A stretch of 64,000 nt of DNA. Source: Gammaproteobacteria bacterium (GTDB lineage Bacteria; Pseudomonadota; Gammaproteobacteria; DRLM01). Positions 26,201 to 32,298 of this stretch are shown here, one piece after another. The stretch is from contig DRLM01000017.1 of the NCBI GenBank assembly GCA_011375345.1, positions 675 to 64,674 of the forward strand, written 5' to 3'. The translations under genes were made by a program, and so were the position numbers. Numbering within the stretch: the first letter of the stretch is position 1; the number at the start of each line of letters is the position of its first letter. The notes below the pieces were generated by a model. The model did not search any database, was not told the origin of the DNA, and saw only the letters and a list, made by a program, of their open reading frames with translations.

Positions 26201-29196
26201 TGAGCAAACCCCAGTCACCCGCCATCACCGTCACCCCCACCTCCGGTCTGCAAACCTCGGAGAGCGGCACCAGCGCCACCTTTACCGTGGCCCTGAACCT
26301 GCCGCCCACGGGCGATGTCACCATCGGCTTGTCCAGCTCCGACACCGGCGAAGGCACGGTCTCCCCCGGCGCGCTCACCTTTACCCCCACCGACTGGTAT
26401 CTGCCCCAGACGGTCACCGTCACCGGCGTGGATGACAGCGCTTTCGACGATGCTGTGGCCTACACTATCGTCACCGCCGCCGCCAGCAGCACCGACACCC
26501 GCTACAACGGCATCAACCCCAGCGACGTGGCGGTGACCAACAGCGACGACGAGCAGGCCGTCGTCAGCGTGAGCGCCACCGACGGAAGCGCGGCCGAAGA
26601 GGATTTGAGCACTGCCACCTTCACCCTTTCCCGCACCGGCCCCACCAGCGCGCCGCTGACGGTGAATTACACCGTGGGCGGCGATGCCACCCCAGGGAGC
26701 GATTATGTGGCCTTGGGCGGCAGCGTCACCATCCCGGCCGGGAGCGCCTCGGCCACCGTGACCGTCACGCCCCTGGACGACGCCATCGCCGAAGGCAGCG
26801 AGGACGTGTGGCTCAACATCAGCACCGCCGCCGCCTATGCCCGGGGCAGCACCTGGAGCACCAAGGTCACCATCACCGATGACGAGACCGGCGGTATCAC
26901 CGTCACCCCCACTTCCGGCCTGCAAACCCATGAAAGCGGTGGCACGGCCACCTTCACGGTGGTGTTGGACCAGCCGCCCGCGGCCGACGTGACTCTGGCC
27001 TTGCAGAGTTCCGATACCACCGAAGGCGCGGTGGTGCCCACTTCCCTTACGTTCACCCCGGCCAACTGGAACGTGGCCCAGACTGTCACCGTGGTGGGCG
27101 TGGACGACACCGGTTTGGACGGCGACGTGGCCTATACGGTCTACACCGGCGCCGCGGTGAGCACGGTGAGCGTCTACAACGGTCTGAACCCCGCCGATGT
27201 GGCGCTGACCAATCTGGACAACGAGGCCATCAACACCGTGAGCGTCACCGCCGCCACCGCCAGTCTGGCCGAAGCGGGAGCGCCAGCGGTGGCCTTCGTC
27301 GTGAGCCGCAGCGGCGATACCGGCGCCGCCCTGACGGTAAACTACAGCACCGGCGGCACGGCCACCTCCGGTGGCGATTACACCGCCTTAAGCGGCAGCG
27401 TGACCCTGGGCGCCGGCAACGACAGCGCCACCCTCACCCTGACGCCCCTGGACGACGGTACGGTCGAAGGCAATGAAACGGTGGTGCTCAGCTTAAGCAG
27501 CGCCGCCGCCTACCTGGTGGGTAAACCGGCATCGGCCACCGTGACGCTGGTGGACGACGAACAGAACACTCCCCCGGTGGTGAACTTCGGGCTGGATCAA
27601 ACCGTGGCGGAAGGCACCACTGCCACCGTCACCGCCGTGCTCAGCGGCCCGGCCCTGGCCTATCCGGTGACGGTGCCCTACACCGTCGGCGGCACGGCCA
27701 CCAACCCCGCTGACCACGACGCGGCCAACGGCAGCATCACCATCAGTTCGGGACTCAGTGGCAGCACCAGCTTCACCGTGGTGGACGACGGCGCCGGGGA
27801 AGCCGACGAAACGGTCATTTTCACCATGGGCACACCCACCAATGCCGCCGCCGGCGGGCGCACCACCCACACCGTCACCCTGACGGAACTCAATGTGGCC
27901 CCCAAGGTGAAGCTGGCCGCCGCCCAGGGCGGGGCGGGCACGCGGCTGGTGGTCAGCGGCGGCGGCAATGTGACCGTCACCGCCACGGTGAGCGATCCCA
28001 ACCCGGCGGACAGCCACAGCTACGACTGGAGCCGCAGCAACAACAATCTGGTGGACATTACCGACGGTGATCCGGCCACTTTTGTATTCGACCCCACCAG
28101 TCTCTCCCCGGGCTTTTACGCCGTGCGGGTGGACGTGACCGACGACGGCTCCCCTGCCCAGACCGGCCAGGCAGAGCTGCTGCTGCAAGTGGCGGCCAGC
28201 GCACCGGCCTTGTCTGCCGGCACCGACAGCGACGGCGACGGCATCATGGACGACGCCGAATCCTTCGACGACAGCGACGGCGACGGCATCCCCGATTACC
28301 TGGACGCCGCCACATTGGCCTCCCACGAGCTGCAGGTGCTGTCCGGCGAGGCGGCCAGCTACGTCATGCGCACGGAGCCGGGCCTGAGCCTGCGCCTCGG
28401 CGAGGTGTCCTTTGCGGCAGCCGCCGACGGGGCCGAGGTGAGCAGCACCGATATCGCCAGCTACGGTGGCGGTGAAGGCCAGCCGGGCAGCGCCCCGGCC
28501 ACCGACACGGTGGCCAATGTGGGCGGTTATTTCGACTTCGAAATCGGCGGCCTGACCCAGGCGGGGCAGTCGGCGCGGGTGGTCATTCCCCTGCTGGCGG
28601 CCATTCCCGAAGGGGGCACGTACCGCAAATACGACCCGGTCACCGGCTGGGCGGACTTCACCGTGGACAGCGCCAACGCCGTGGCCTCCGCCCCCGGCGC
28701 TCCCGGTGCCTGCCCCCTGCCGGGGGATGCGGCCTACACCAGCGGCCTCGGCAGCGGCCACTACTGTCTGCAGCTCACCCTTCAGGATGGCGGCCCCAAC
28801 GACGCCGACGGCGCGGCCAACTACGTCATTGCTGATCCGGGCGAACTGGCCCTCAAAGCCGTGACGGAGGACGCAGGACCGCTCGCCGCAGATGACAACA
28901 GTGCAGTGGACAATGGCACTGGGGGCACCGGGGGCACCGGGGGCACCGGGGGCACCGGGAGTGACAATACCCCGGCCCAAGACAACCGCCCCGACGCCGC
29001 CGCAACGGGCCGCACCGGCGGTGGCGCGCTTGGTCTCTTCGGCCTGCTCCTGCTGGCCATGGGTGGGCTGTGGACCCGGCAGGCTCCCAGGGCTGAGCCA
29101 GGTGGGGCCACCGCTGGGCCCCGCCTGGAAAAGCCTCTATACTTGGGCGCTGCTTGTTGGGGGAAGGGAGCCGGGAACGATGCGACTGAACAATAA
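20251..29196 (+). CDS. Giant (2981 aa) secreted/cell-surface multidomain protein with FG-GAP propeller x2, LVIVD propeller, Calx-beta and Ig/cadherin-like repeats, TSP3 repeats and a C-terminal hydrophobic sorting-like segment
   Basis: GAGGTGA SD, then ATG 20251 (the ORF-track start 20152 is an upstream in-frame extension). Long signal peptide ...IVAPALLCLLLLWSSAAVRA-GD. Repeated WNAPD(I/V)GSY..PALADLD(G/A)DGD(L/F)DL(M/L)(I/V)G units are FG-GAP. LQIIDVSDPANPTIVGSLDTPG units are LVIVD. TVNYTVGGDATPGSDYVALGGSVTIPAGSASATVTVTPLDD is Calx-beta. TDSDGDGIMDDAESFDDSDGDGIPDYLD is TSP3-like. The C-terminus is GRTGGGALGLFGLLLLAMGGLWTRQ. Confidence 0.85.
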   Translation: MTRGALRFRTLSIQDPPSPCPASSTSGTLRIVAPALLCLLLLWSSAAVRAGDFVQSDWSAGIPTDTTACSAAGGTWTGSECAAVHPGNQTGWSAYSTKDSLLNVTGGGADLQLGTTGDKVQDGSESDFTFSRNTAAQHTSNYDFSVGGTLSATTVRSGAVRLSETGHTPSWVANSAWNAPDVGSYSKPALADLDNDGDYDLMLGSSNGIVYGYRNTGTDATPSWTSQSSWNAPDIGSYVAPALADLDGDGDLDLMIGESAGLTFAYENTGTLSNPVWSAKPEWNLSTDVGSWAAPALADLDADGDFDLLVGNVDGVSYAFENTGNASAPVWTAKTAWNAPDIGGYSGPAAADLDGDGDVDLIIGSSGGISYGYANNGDNTWTANTAWDTPDAGSYVYPALADLDADGDLDFLAGNIGGNATGYRNDGSSTYAASGTMTSPVIDTVSQLGFTTLDYSATVPANTTLSLDVRAGDTATPDGSWTAWLTGVANGGDISTLGTRRYVQYRAVFATTDSSATPTLKDITFNYANYPLASAVARSGAGSAAAVTLGINFAPSITGTYNSPYSVVSVHVSGNYAFIADDSGNSFSAHRIVDISDPASPVQVAYTQHGARIWDVFVAGSYAYVAATDKGLAVVDISTPSAPVTVGTVDTPGWAWGVYVEGSYAYVGDYTTGGLQIIDVSDPANPTIVGSLDTPGDAHRIHVSGNYAYLTDGSSGLQIIDVSDKANPTLVATYSDTVNGVYVKGNYAYITGTGFKVLDISNPASPTLVGTAGGASAGQGVIVAGDYAYMADTNYLRVFDISEPTTPTQVSSTAVTYINDVYVVGNQAYASAASAGIHAMSLGPYSNSGSFTSQILDAGQHLGWTTLSATAAVPAGTSLSYDVRAGASATPDGSWTAWITGVADGGDISALGTLRYIQYRANFATSDTSVTPSLDAMALNFNHYAYSASLISSPFNTTAAGNLLDGLVWTETLPPGTDVRIELRTTPDSSGAPGTWSAWLGPDDAAGSYWNSGNTSAGGCSGSGSVVCTVMADSQRDGLADQWFQYRVTLTSDGSATPTLASLTSSYGSSGSSGITVTPTGGLATSESGGTASFTVVLDSAPGADVTLGMYSSDTTEGTVAPSSLTFTPADWSTPQTVTITGVDDFFDDGDVAYSIVTAASVSSDPAFDDINAADVSISNVDNDTAGINVSPTSGLITTEAGASASFTVVLNTQPTADVTLALSSSNTAEGTVAPGSLTFTPADWSTPQTVTVTGVDENVIDGDQAYTVVTAAATSGDSQYSGFNAADVAVTNSDDDTAAVTVSPATLTVSEAGAFAPFTVTLTSQPTANVTMMLSSSDSSEGMVLPFAMTFTPSNWNTPQTATVFGVNDQLTDGDQTFAIVTSAFTSADSNFNGVNPADITVTNTDDDTYSIIVTPSSGLVTTENGGSAEFKIALGTQPTADVTINLSSSDTSEGYVTPSSITFSPSDIVSRGKPVKVIGVNDAQTDGDQSYSVITAPAVSADSNFNGLDGADVTVTNLDNARDLIRLEGNQYGALFGYSAAAADVNGDGYQDLLVGAYGSNTVYAYLGSPSGYSLTPDWKAVGSGSFGYAVASAGDINNDGYDDLLVGALQYYNGQSTEGAAFLFLGSAAGLPDADSDGTAQLSDAAWAFESDQTGANAGAAVAGAGDVNGDGYDDILIGAQYYDNGESNEGAAFFFYGSATGPADADSDGIARPGDANWTFESDYANGYAGAALAGAGDLNNDGKADIIIGIQRYSNGQTYEGRAVVFYGSATGLADADSDGTARMSDADWAAEIDQTSAYFGYAVAGAGDVNGDNYDDIIVGAYLWDAGTTNEGGAFVFHGSASGLPDGDGDGLARFSDANWSASSSQLYAELGRAVATVGDFNGDGYSDVIVATPDYDESYASVNIDEGRAAVYLGAASGLAGSASWTVAGEQASALMGYALGGLGDLNSDGQDDVFVSAYQWESTSAESNEGAVFVYLSKPQSPAITVTPTSGLQTSESGTSATFTVALNLPPTGDVTIGLSSSDTGEGTVSPGALTFTPTDWYLPQTVTVTGVDDSAFDDAVAYTIVTAAASSTDTRYNGINPSDVAVTNSDDEQAVVSVSATDGSAAEEDLSTATFTLSRTGPTSAPLTVNYTVGGDATPGSDYVALGGSVTIPAGSASATVTVTPLDDAIAEGSEDVWLNISTAAAYARGSTWSTKVTITDDETGGITVTPTSGLQTHESGGTATFTVVLDQPPAADVTLALQSSDTTEGAVVPTSLTFTPANWNVAQTVTVVGVDDTGLDGDVAYTVYTGAAVSTVSVYNGLNPADVALTNLDNEAINTVSVTAATASLAEAGAPAVAFVVSRSGDTGAALTVNYSTGGTATSGGDYTALSGSVTLGAGNDSATLTLTPLDDGTVEGNETVVLSLSSAAAYLVGKPASATVTLVDDEQNTPPVVNFGLDQTVAEGTTATVTAVLSGPALAYPVTVPYTVGGTATNPADHDAANGSITISSGLSGSTSFTVVDDGAGEADETVIFTMGTPTNAAAGGRTTHTVTLTELNVAPKVKLAAAQGGAGTRLVVSGGGNVTVTATVSDPNPADSHSYDWSRSNNNLVDITDGDPATFVFDPTSLSPGFYAVRVDVTDDGSPAQTGQAELLLQVAASAPALSAGTDSDGDGIMDDAESFDDSDGDGIPDYLDAATLASHELQVLSGEAASYVMRTEPGLSLRLGEVSFAAAADGAEVSSTDIASYGGGEGQPGSAPATDTVANVGGYFDFEIGGLTQAGQSARVVIPLLAAIPEGGTYRKYDPVTGWADFTVDSANAVASAPGAPGACPLPGDAAYTSGLGSGHYCLQLTLQDGGPNDADGAANYVIADPGELALKAVTEDAGPLAADDNSAVDNGTGGTGGTGGTGGTGSDNTPAQDNRPDAAATGRTGGGALGLFGLLLLAMGGLWTRQAPRAEPGGATAGPRLEKPLYLGAACWGKGAGNDATEQ
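20750..21540 (+). other. Domain region: N-terminal FG-GAP (integrin-alpha-like) beta-propeller, about six blades with DxDxDG calcium-binding loops
   Basis: About six tandem units, e.g. SWNAPDIGSYVAPALADLDGDGDLDLMIGES, each of ~60 aa. Confidence 0.7.
21940..22780 (+). other. Domain region: LVIVD-repeat beta-propeller
   Basis: Repeats such as HVSGNYAFIADDSGN...RIVDISDPASP, GLAVVDISTPSAP, GGLQIIDVSDPANP, SGLQIIDVSDKANP and FKVLDISNPASP. Confidence 0.7.
24830..26180 (+). other. Domain region: second FG-GAP beta-propeller (about seven blades)
   Basis: Repeats like FGYSAAAADVNGDGYQDLLVGAYG and GAAVAGAGDVNGDGYDDILIGAQYYDNGESNEGAAFFFYGSATG, a classic integrin-alpha FG-GAP/Ca-loop pattern. Confidence 0.75.
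26560..27890 (+). other. Domain region: tandem Calx-beta-like domains interleaved with ~100-aa Ig/cadherin-like repeats
   Basis: LTVNYTVGGDATPGSDYVALGGSVTIPAGSASATVTVTPLDDAIAEGSEDVWL and ALTVNYSTGGTATSGGDYTALSGSVTLGAGNDSATLTLTPLDDGTVEGNETVVL are Calx-beta. The GITVTPTSGLQTxESGGTATFTVVLDxxP...TFTPxxWxxPQTVTVxGVDD repeats (also 23470..24830) are Ig/cadherin-like. Confidence 0.7.
28915..28959 (+). repeat. Perfect 9-bp tandem repeat (GGCAC[C/T]GGG)x5 encoding (GTG)5 linker
   Basis: ggcactggg ggcaccggg ggcaccggg ggcaccggg ggcaccggg read directly from the sequence. In frame (9 bp) within the giant gene, just upstream of the C-terminal hydrophobic segment. Confidence 0.9.
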
Positions 29197-29659
29197 CACC
29201 CTGGGACTGGCCTTGGCGGCACTGGTATCAAGCCTGCCGGCAATGGCTATTGGGGCGCCGGACGATCAAAATGACGGACGGAGCTGGCACTACAGTTTCG
29301 ACCACACTTACAGTCACGGCATGCCTTCTTCACGGATACCCCCCCAGCCCAGCTGGTTCAGCGGCCGTTTCGGTCTCGCCCGGGGCGTGGGCGAAGCGAT
29401 CCGCCTCCACCGCCTGACCCAGTGGGACAATGGCGAGCGCAGCTATGCCTATTACATCGGCGATGTCCTGTATGCCTGGTACGACCCCTGGGGCCTGGAG
29501 TTGAGCATCCGCGACCTGCAAGACACCACCCGGCCGGTGTGCCACTGGGATCCCCTCAGCCGCTTCCAGCGCGACAGCAGCGCGCCCCGGGAACACTGCG
29601 AAACACTGCTGCACAAGCTGGCAGCAACGCTGGCCAGAAGCGGGCCTGCGCCGCTTTGA
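29180..29659 (+). CDS. Small secreted protein (159 aa) of unknown function, overlapping the 3' end of the giant gene (likely co-transcribed)
   Basis: GGGAAGGGAG SD, then ATG 29180. Signal peptide MRLNNNTLGLALAALVSSLPAMA-IG. Its start lies 17 nt inside the giant ORF. No recognisable domain. Confidence 0.55.
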   Translation: MRLNNNTLGLALAALVSSLPAMAIGAPDDQNDGRSWHYSFDHTYSHGMPSSRIPPQPSWFSGRFGLARGVGEAIRLHRLTQWDNGERSYAYYIGDVLYAWYDPWGLELSIRDLQDTTRPVCHWDPLSRFQRDSSAPREHCETLLHKLAATLARSGPAPL

Positions 29660-29726
29660 TTCCCCGCCAAGCGCGCCGGACCGACCTGCAGACTGTGGGT
29701 TCTTTCAACAACTGAAGGCGGCCGCC

Positions 29727-30050
29727 TCAATCATCCCAGCGGTCATCGCGCAACTGCACCACGCCGTTTTCCACCCGCACGGGAAACGTGTGGATGGGCT
29801 CGAAGGCGGGGGGCGTCAGGGCGGCGCCGGTTTTGATGGAAAAGCGCGCGCCGTGGCGGGGGCAGATGATCTGGTCACCTTCTAACCTGCCGCAGGCGAT
29901 CTCAGCGTAATCGTGGGTACACATGTCTTCGATGGCGTAGTACCCGCCGTCCAGCCCGTATACCGCCACCCGGGTGTCCTCCAGGGCCACCACGCGGTGG
30001 CCACCAGGTGGAAGCTCGGCCGCCGGGCACACATCGATCCAGTCTGACAT
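29727..30050 (-). CDS. Rieske [2Fe-2S] domain ferredoxin-like protein, last gene of the suf operon
   Basis: MCTHDYAEIACG...ICPRHGARF has Rieske CxH...CxxH ligands. Followed by a palindromic terminator TGAGGCGGCCGCCTCA at ~29706..29722. Confidence 0.8.
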   Translation of the reverse strand: MSDWIDVCPAAELPPGGHRVVALEDTRVAVYGLDGGYYAIEDMCTHDYAEIACGRLEGDQIICPRHGARFSIKTGAALTPPAFEPIHTFPVRVENGVVQLRDDRWDD

Positions 30051-30608
30051 TTACAATAAACCCGATTGCAATTTGGCCGCCTCCGACATGCGGCTTTGGT
30101 CCCAGGCCGGCTCGAACACCAGCTCCACCCGCACTTCACTCACCCCGGGCACAGCGCGGGCTTTTTCTTCCACTTCCTGCTGCAGGATGGGGCCCATGCC
30201 GCAGCCGGGGGCGGTGAGGGTCATCTGGATGTCCACCCGGTAGCCGCCCTCGTCGCGGGGGCTGATTTGCAGCCCGTAAATCAAACCCAGCTCGACAATG
30301 TTGATGGGGATTTCCGGGTCATAGCAGGTCTTGAGCTGGTCCCAGATGGCGTTCTCATCGGGTGGCCCTGCATGGGCGGGCGCCGGTTTTTCCGGTGCGG
30401 CGCCGGCCTGCTTGCCCAGGGCGTCGGCGTCCTGGGCGGCGATGCGCACCAGACTGCCTTCCACATAGCAGGTGTAGCTGCCGCCCAGGGATTGGGTGAT
30501 GGTCACGGCCTGCCCGGCGGGCAGGGTGATTTCATTGCCAAAGGGTATCAACACCGCCTTGCAGTCGCGGCTGAGAGTGACGATTTCATTGCTACGCATG
30601 GTGGTCAT
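30051..30608 (-). CDS. sufT: SufT-like Fe-S assembly protein (DUF59/MIP18 family) with an N-terminal extra domain
   Basis: The C-terminal half IWDQLKTCYDPEIPINIVELGLIY...MTLTAPGCGMG...VELVFEPAWD is DUF59. Confidence 0.7.
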   Translation of the reverse strand: MTTMRSNEIVTLSRDCKAVLIPFGNEITLPAGQAVTITQSLGGSYTCYVEGSLVRIAAQDADALGKQAGAAPEKPAPAHAGPPDENAIWDQLKTCYDPEIPINIVELGLIYGLQISPRDEGGYRVDIQMTLTAPGCGMGPILQQEVEEKARAVPGVSEVRVELVFEPAWDQSRMSEAAKLQSGLL

Positions 30609-31045
30609 TCCGTCGTCACCGTCTCACCGGTGTTTTTCAGCGCCGCTTCCAGAGTGTGCCAGGCCAGGGTGGCGCATTTGACCCGCGCCGGGTAGTCACG
30701 CACGCCGGCCAGCACGCTGAGCTTGCCCAGCCCGCCCACATCCCCGTCCTGGGTCACGGCCCGGTGGAAACGATGAAACAGGGCTTCGGCGTCTTTGATG
30801 TTCATGCCCTTGAGGCGTTCGCTCATGAGCGAGGCCGAGGCGGTGGAAATGGCGCAGCCCTGCCCTTCGAACTTCACGTCTTCAATCACATCGCCGTCCA
30901 CCTTGAGATACAAAACAATGTCGTCGCCACACAGGGGGTTGTGACCCACGGCGCGGCGATTGGCGTCCTCCATGCGGCCGCGGTTGCGGGGGTTGCGGTT
31001 GTGGTCGAAGATGACCTCCTGGTAGAGTTCGCGCAAGTCGGACAT
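30605..31045 (-). CDS. sufU: SUF-system NifU/IscU-like Fe-S scaffold (SufU-type)
   Basis: NPLCGDDIVLYLKV...GQGCAISTASASLMSE...VKCATLAWHTL shows the conserved Cys triad of SufU/IscU. Confidence 0.8.
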   Translation of the reverse strand: MSDLRELYQEVIFDHNRNPRNRGRMEDANRRAVGHNPLCGDDIVLYLKVDGDVIEDVKFEGQGCAISTASASLMSERLKGMNIKDAEALFHRFHRAVTQDGDVGGLGKLSVLAGVRDYPARVKCATLAWHTLEAALKNTGETVTTE

Positions 31046-32298
31046 CAGCCAAACACCTTGATGACCTTGCGCACGGCGGCAAACAATCGGTCCACGTCCG
31101 CGCGGGTGTTGTACAAGCCGAACGAGGCGCGGGCGGTGGCGGGCACCTGGAAATGCTGCATCACCGGCATGGCACAGTGATGGCCGGTACGGATGGCCAC
31201 CCCTTCGTGGTCGAGGATGGTGCCGATGTCGTGGGGATGCACTGTCTCCAGCACGAAAGACAAAATCCCCGCTTTTTGCGCCGCCGTGCCAATAAGTTTC
31301 AAACCGGGAATTTCCCGCGCCTGCCCGGTGGCGTAGCAGAGCAACTCGTCTTCGTGAGCGGCGATGTTGCTCAGGCCGATGTTGTCCAGATAGTCGATGG
31401 CCACCCCTAAGCCGATGGCACCGCTGATGTGGGGCGTGCCCGCTTCGAATTTATAGGGCAGGCTGTTGTATTCGGTTTTCTCGAACGTGACCAGCCGGAT
31501 CATGTCGCCGCCCCCCTGGTAAGGGGGCATGGCCTCCAGCAAGCCGGTTTTGCCATAGAGCACGCCGATGCCAGTGGGGCCATACATCTTGTGACCGGAA
31601 AAAGTGTAAAAATCGCAGCCCAGGGCCTGCACGTCCACCATGGTGTGCGGCACCGCCTGGGCGCCATCGACCAGCACCGGCACAGCCATCGCGTGCGCAG
31701 CCTCGATGATCTCCGCCACGGGGTTGACGGTGCCCAGGGAATTGGACACCTGCACCACGGCAACGAGCCTGGTGCGCGGCGACAGCAGGCGGTGAAAGTC
31801 GTCCAGCACCAGCTCGCCCTTGTCATTGATGGGCACCACCTGCAAACGGGCACCGGTCTGCTCGCACACCATTTGCCAGGGCACGATGTTGGCGTGGTGT
31901 TCCATTTCGGTGATGAGGATTTCATCGCCTGCTTGCAGCCGCGGCCGGGCATAGCTTTGCGCCACCAAATTGATGGCCTCGGTAGCGCTGCGCACGAAGA
32001 TGATTTCTTTGTCACTCTCGGCATTGATAAAACGCCGCACTTTCTCCCGCGCATCCTCGAAGGCGTCGGTGGCACGCTGGCTCAAGGTGTGCACGCCGCG
32101 GTGGATGTTGGCGTTGTCTTTGCGATAGTACTCGGCCATCGCTTCAATCACCGCCACGGGTTTTTGCGTGGTTGCCCCGTTGTCCAGATACACCAGCGGC
32201 TGGCCGTGCACGGATTGGTGCAGAATGGGAAAATCCTCGCGCAGGCGCGTCACGTCATAAGTGTGTCCGGCCAGGGGGCGGGTGGATGCGCTGCTCAT
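31045..32298 (-). CDS. sufS: Cysteine desulfurase SufS (class II aminotransferase, PLP)
   Basis: ...HHANIVPWQ...FSGHKMYGPTGIGVLYGK...RTGHHCAMP matches SufS/CsdA. Confidence 0.9.
   Translation of the reverse strand: MSSASTRPLAGHTYDVTRLREDFPILHQSVHGQPLVYLDNGATTQKPVAVIEAMAEYYRKDNANIHRGVHTLSQRATDAFEDAREKVRRFINAESDKEIIFVRSATEAINLVAQSYARPRLQAGDEILITEMEHHANIVPWQMVCEQTGARLQVVPINDKGELVLDDFHRLLSPRTRLVAVVQVSNSLGTVNPVAEIIEAAHAMAVPVLVDGAQAVPHTMVDVQALGCDFYTFSGHKMYGPTGIGVLYGKTGLLEAMPPYQGGGDMIRLVTFEKTEYNSLPYKFEAGTPHISGAIGLGVAIDYLDNIGLSNIAAHEDELLCYATGQAREIPGLKLIGTAAQKAGILSFVLETVHPHDIGTILDHEGVAIRTGHHCAMPVMQHFQVPATARASFGLYNTRADVDRLFAAVRKVIKVFG

Noticed and set aside
23470-27890. Regularly spaced ~330-bp repeats inside the giant gene, considered as a CRISPR-like or other non-coding array
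   Set aside because: The repeats are long (~100 codons), in frame, diverged at the protein level, and encode Ig/Calx-beta domains. They are not short direct repeats with unique spacers, and no cas genes are present.
21550-28980. Minus-strand ORFs inside the giant gene (21550..22764, 23836..26151, 27493..28980 and other shorter ones)
   Set aside because: Antisense of a repetitive high-GC coding region; their products are Gly/Ala/Val-rich with no domain signature. The plus-strand frame is continuous for 2981 codons with coherent domain repeats.
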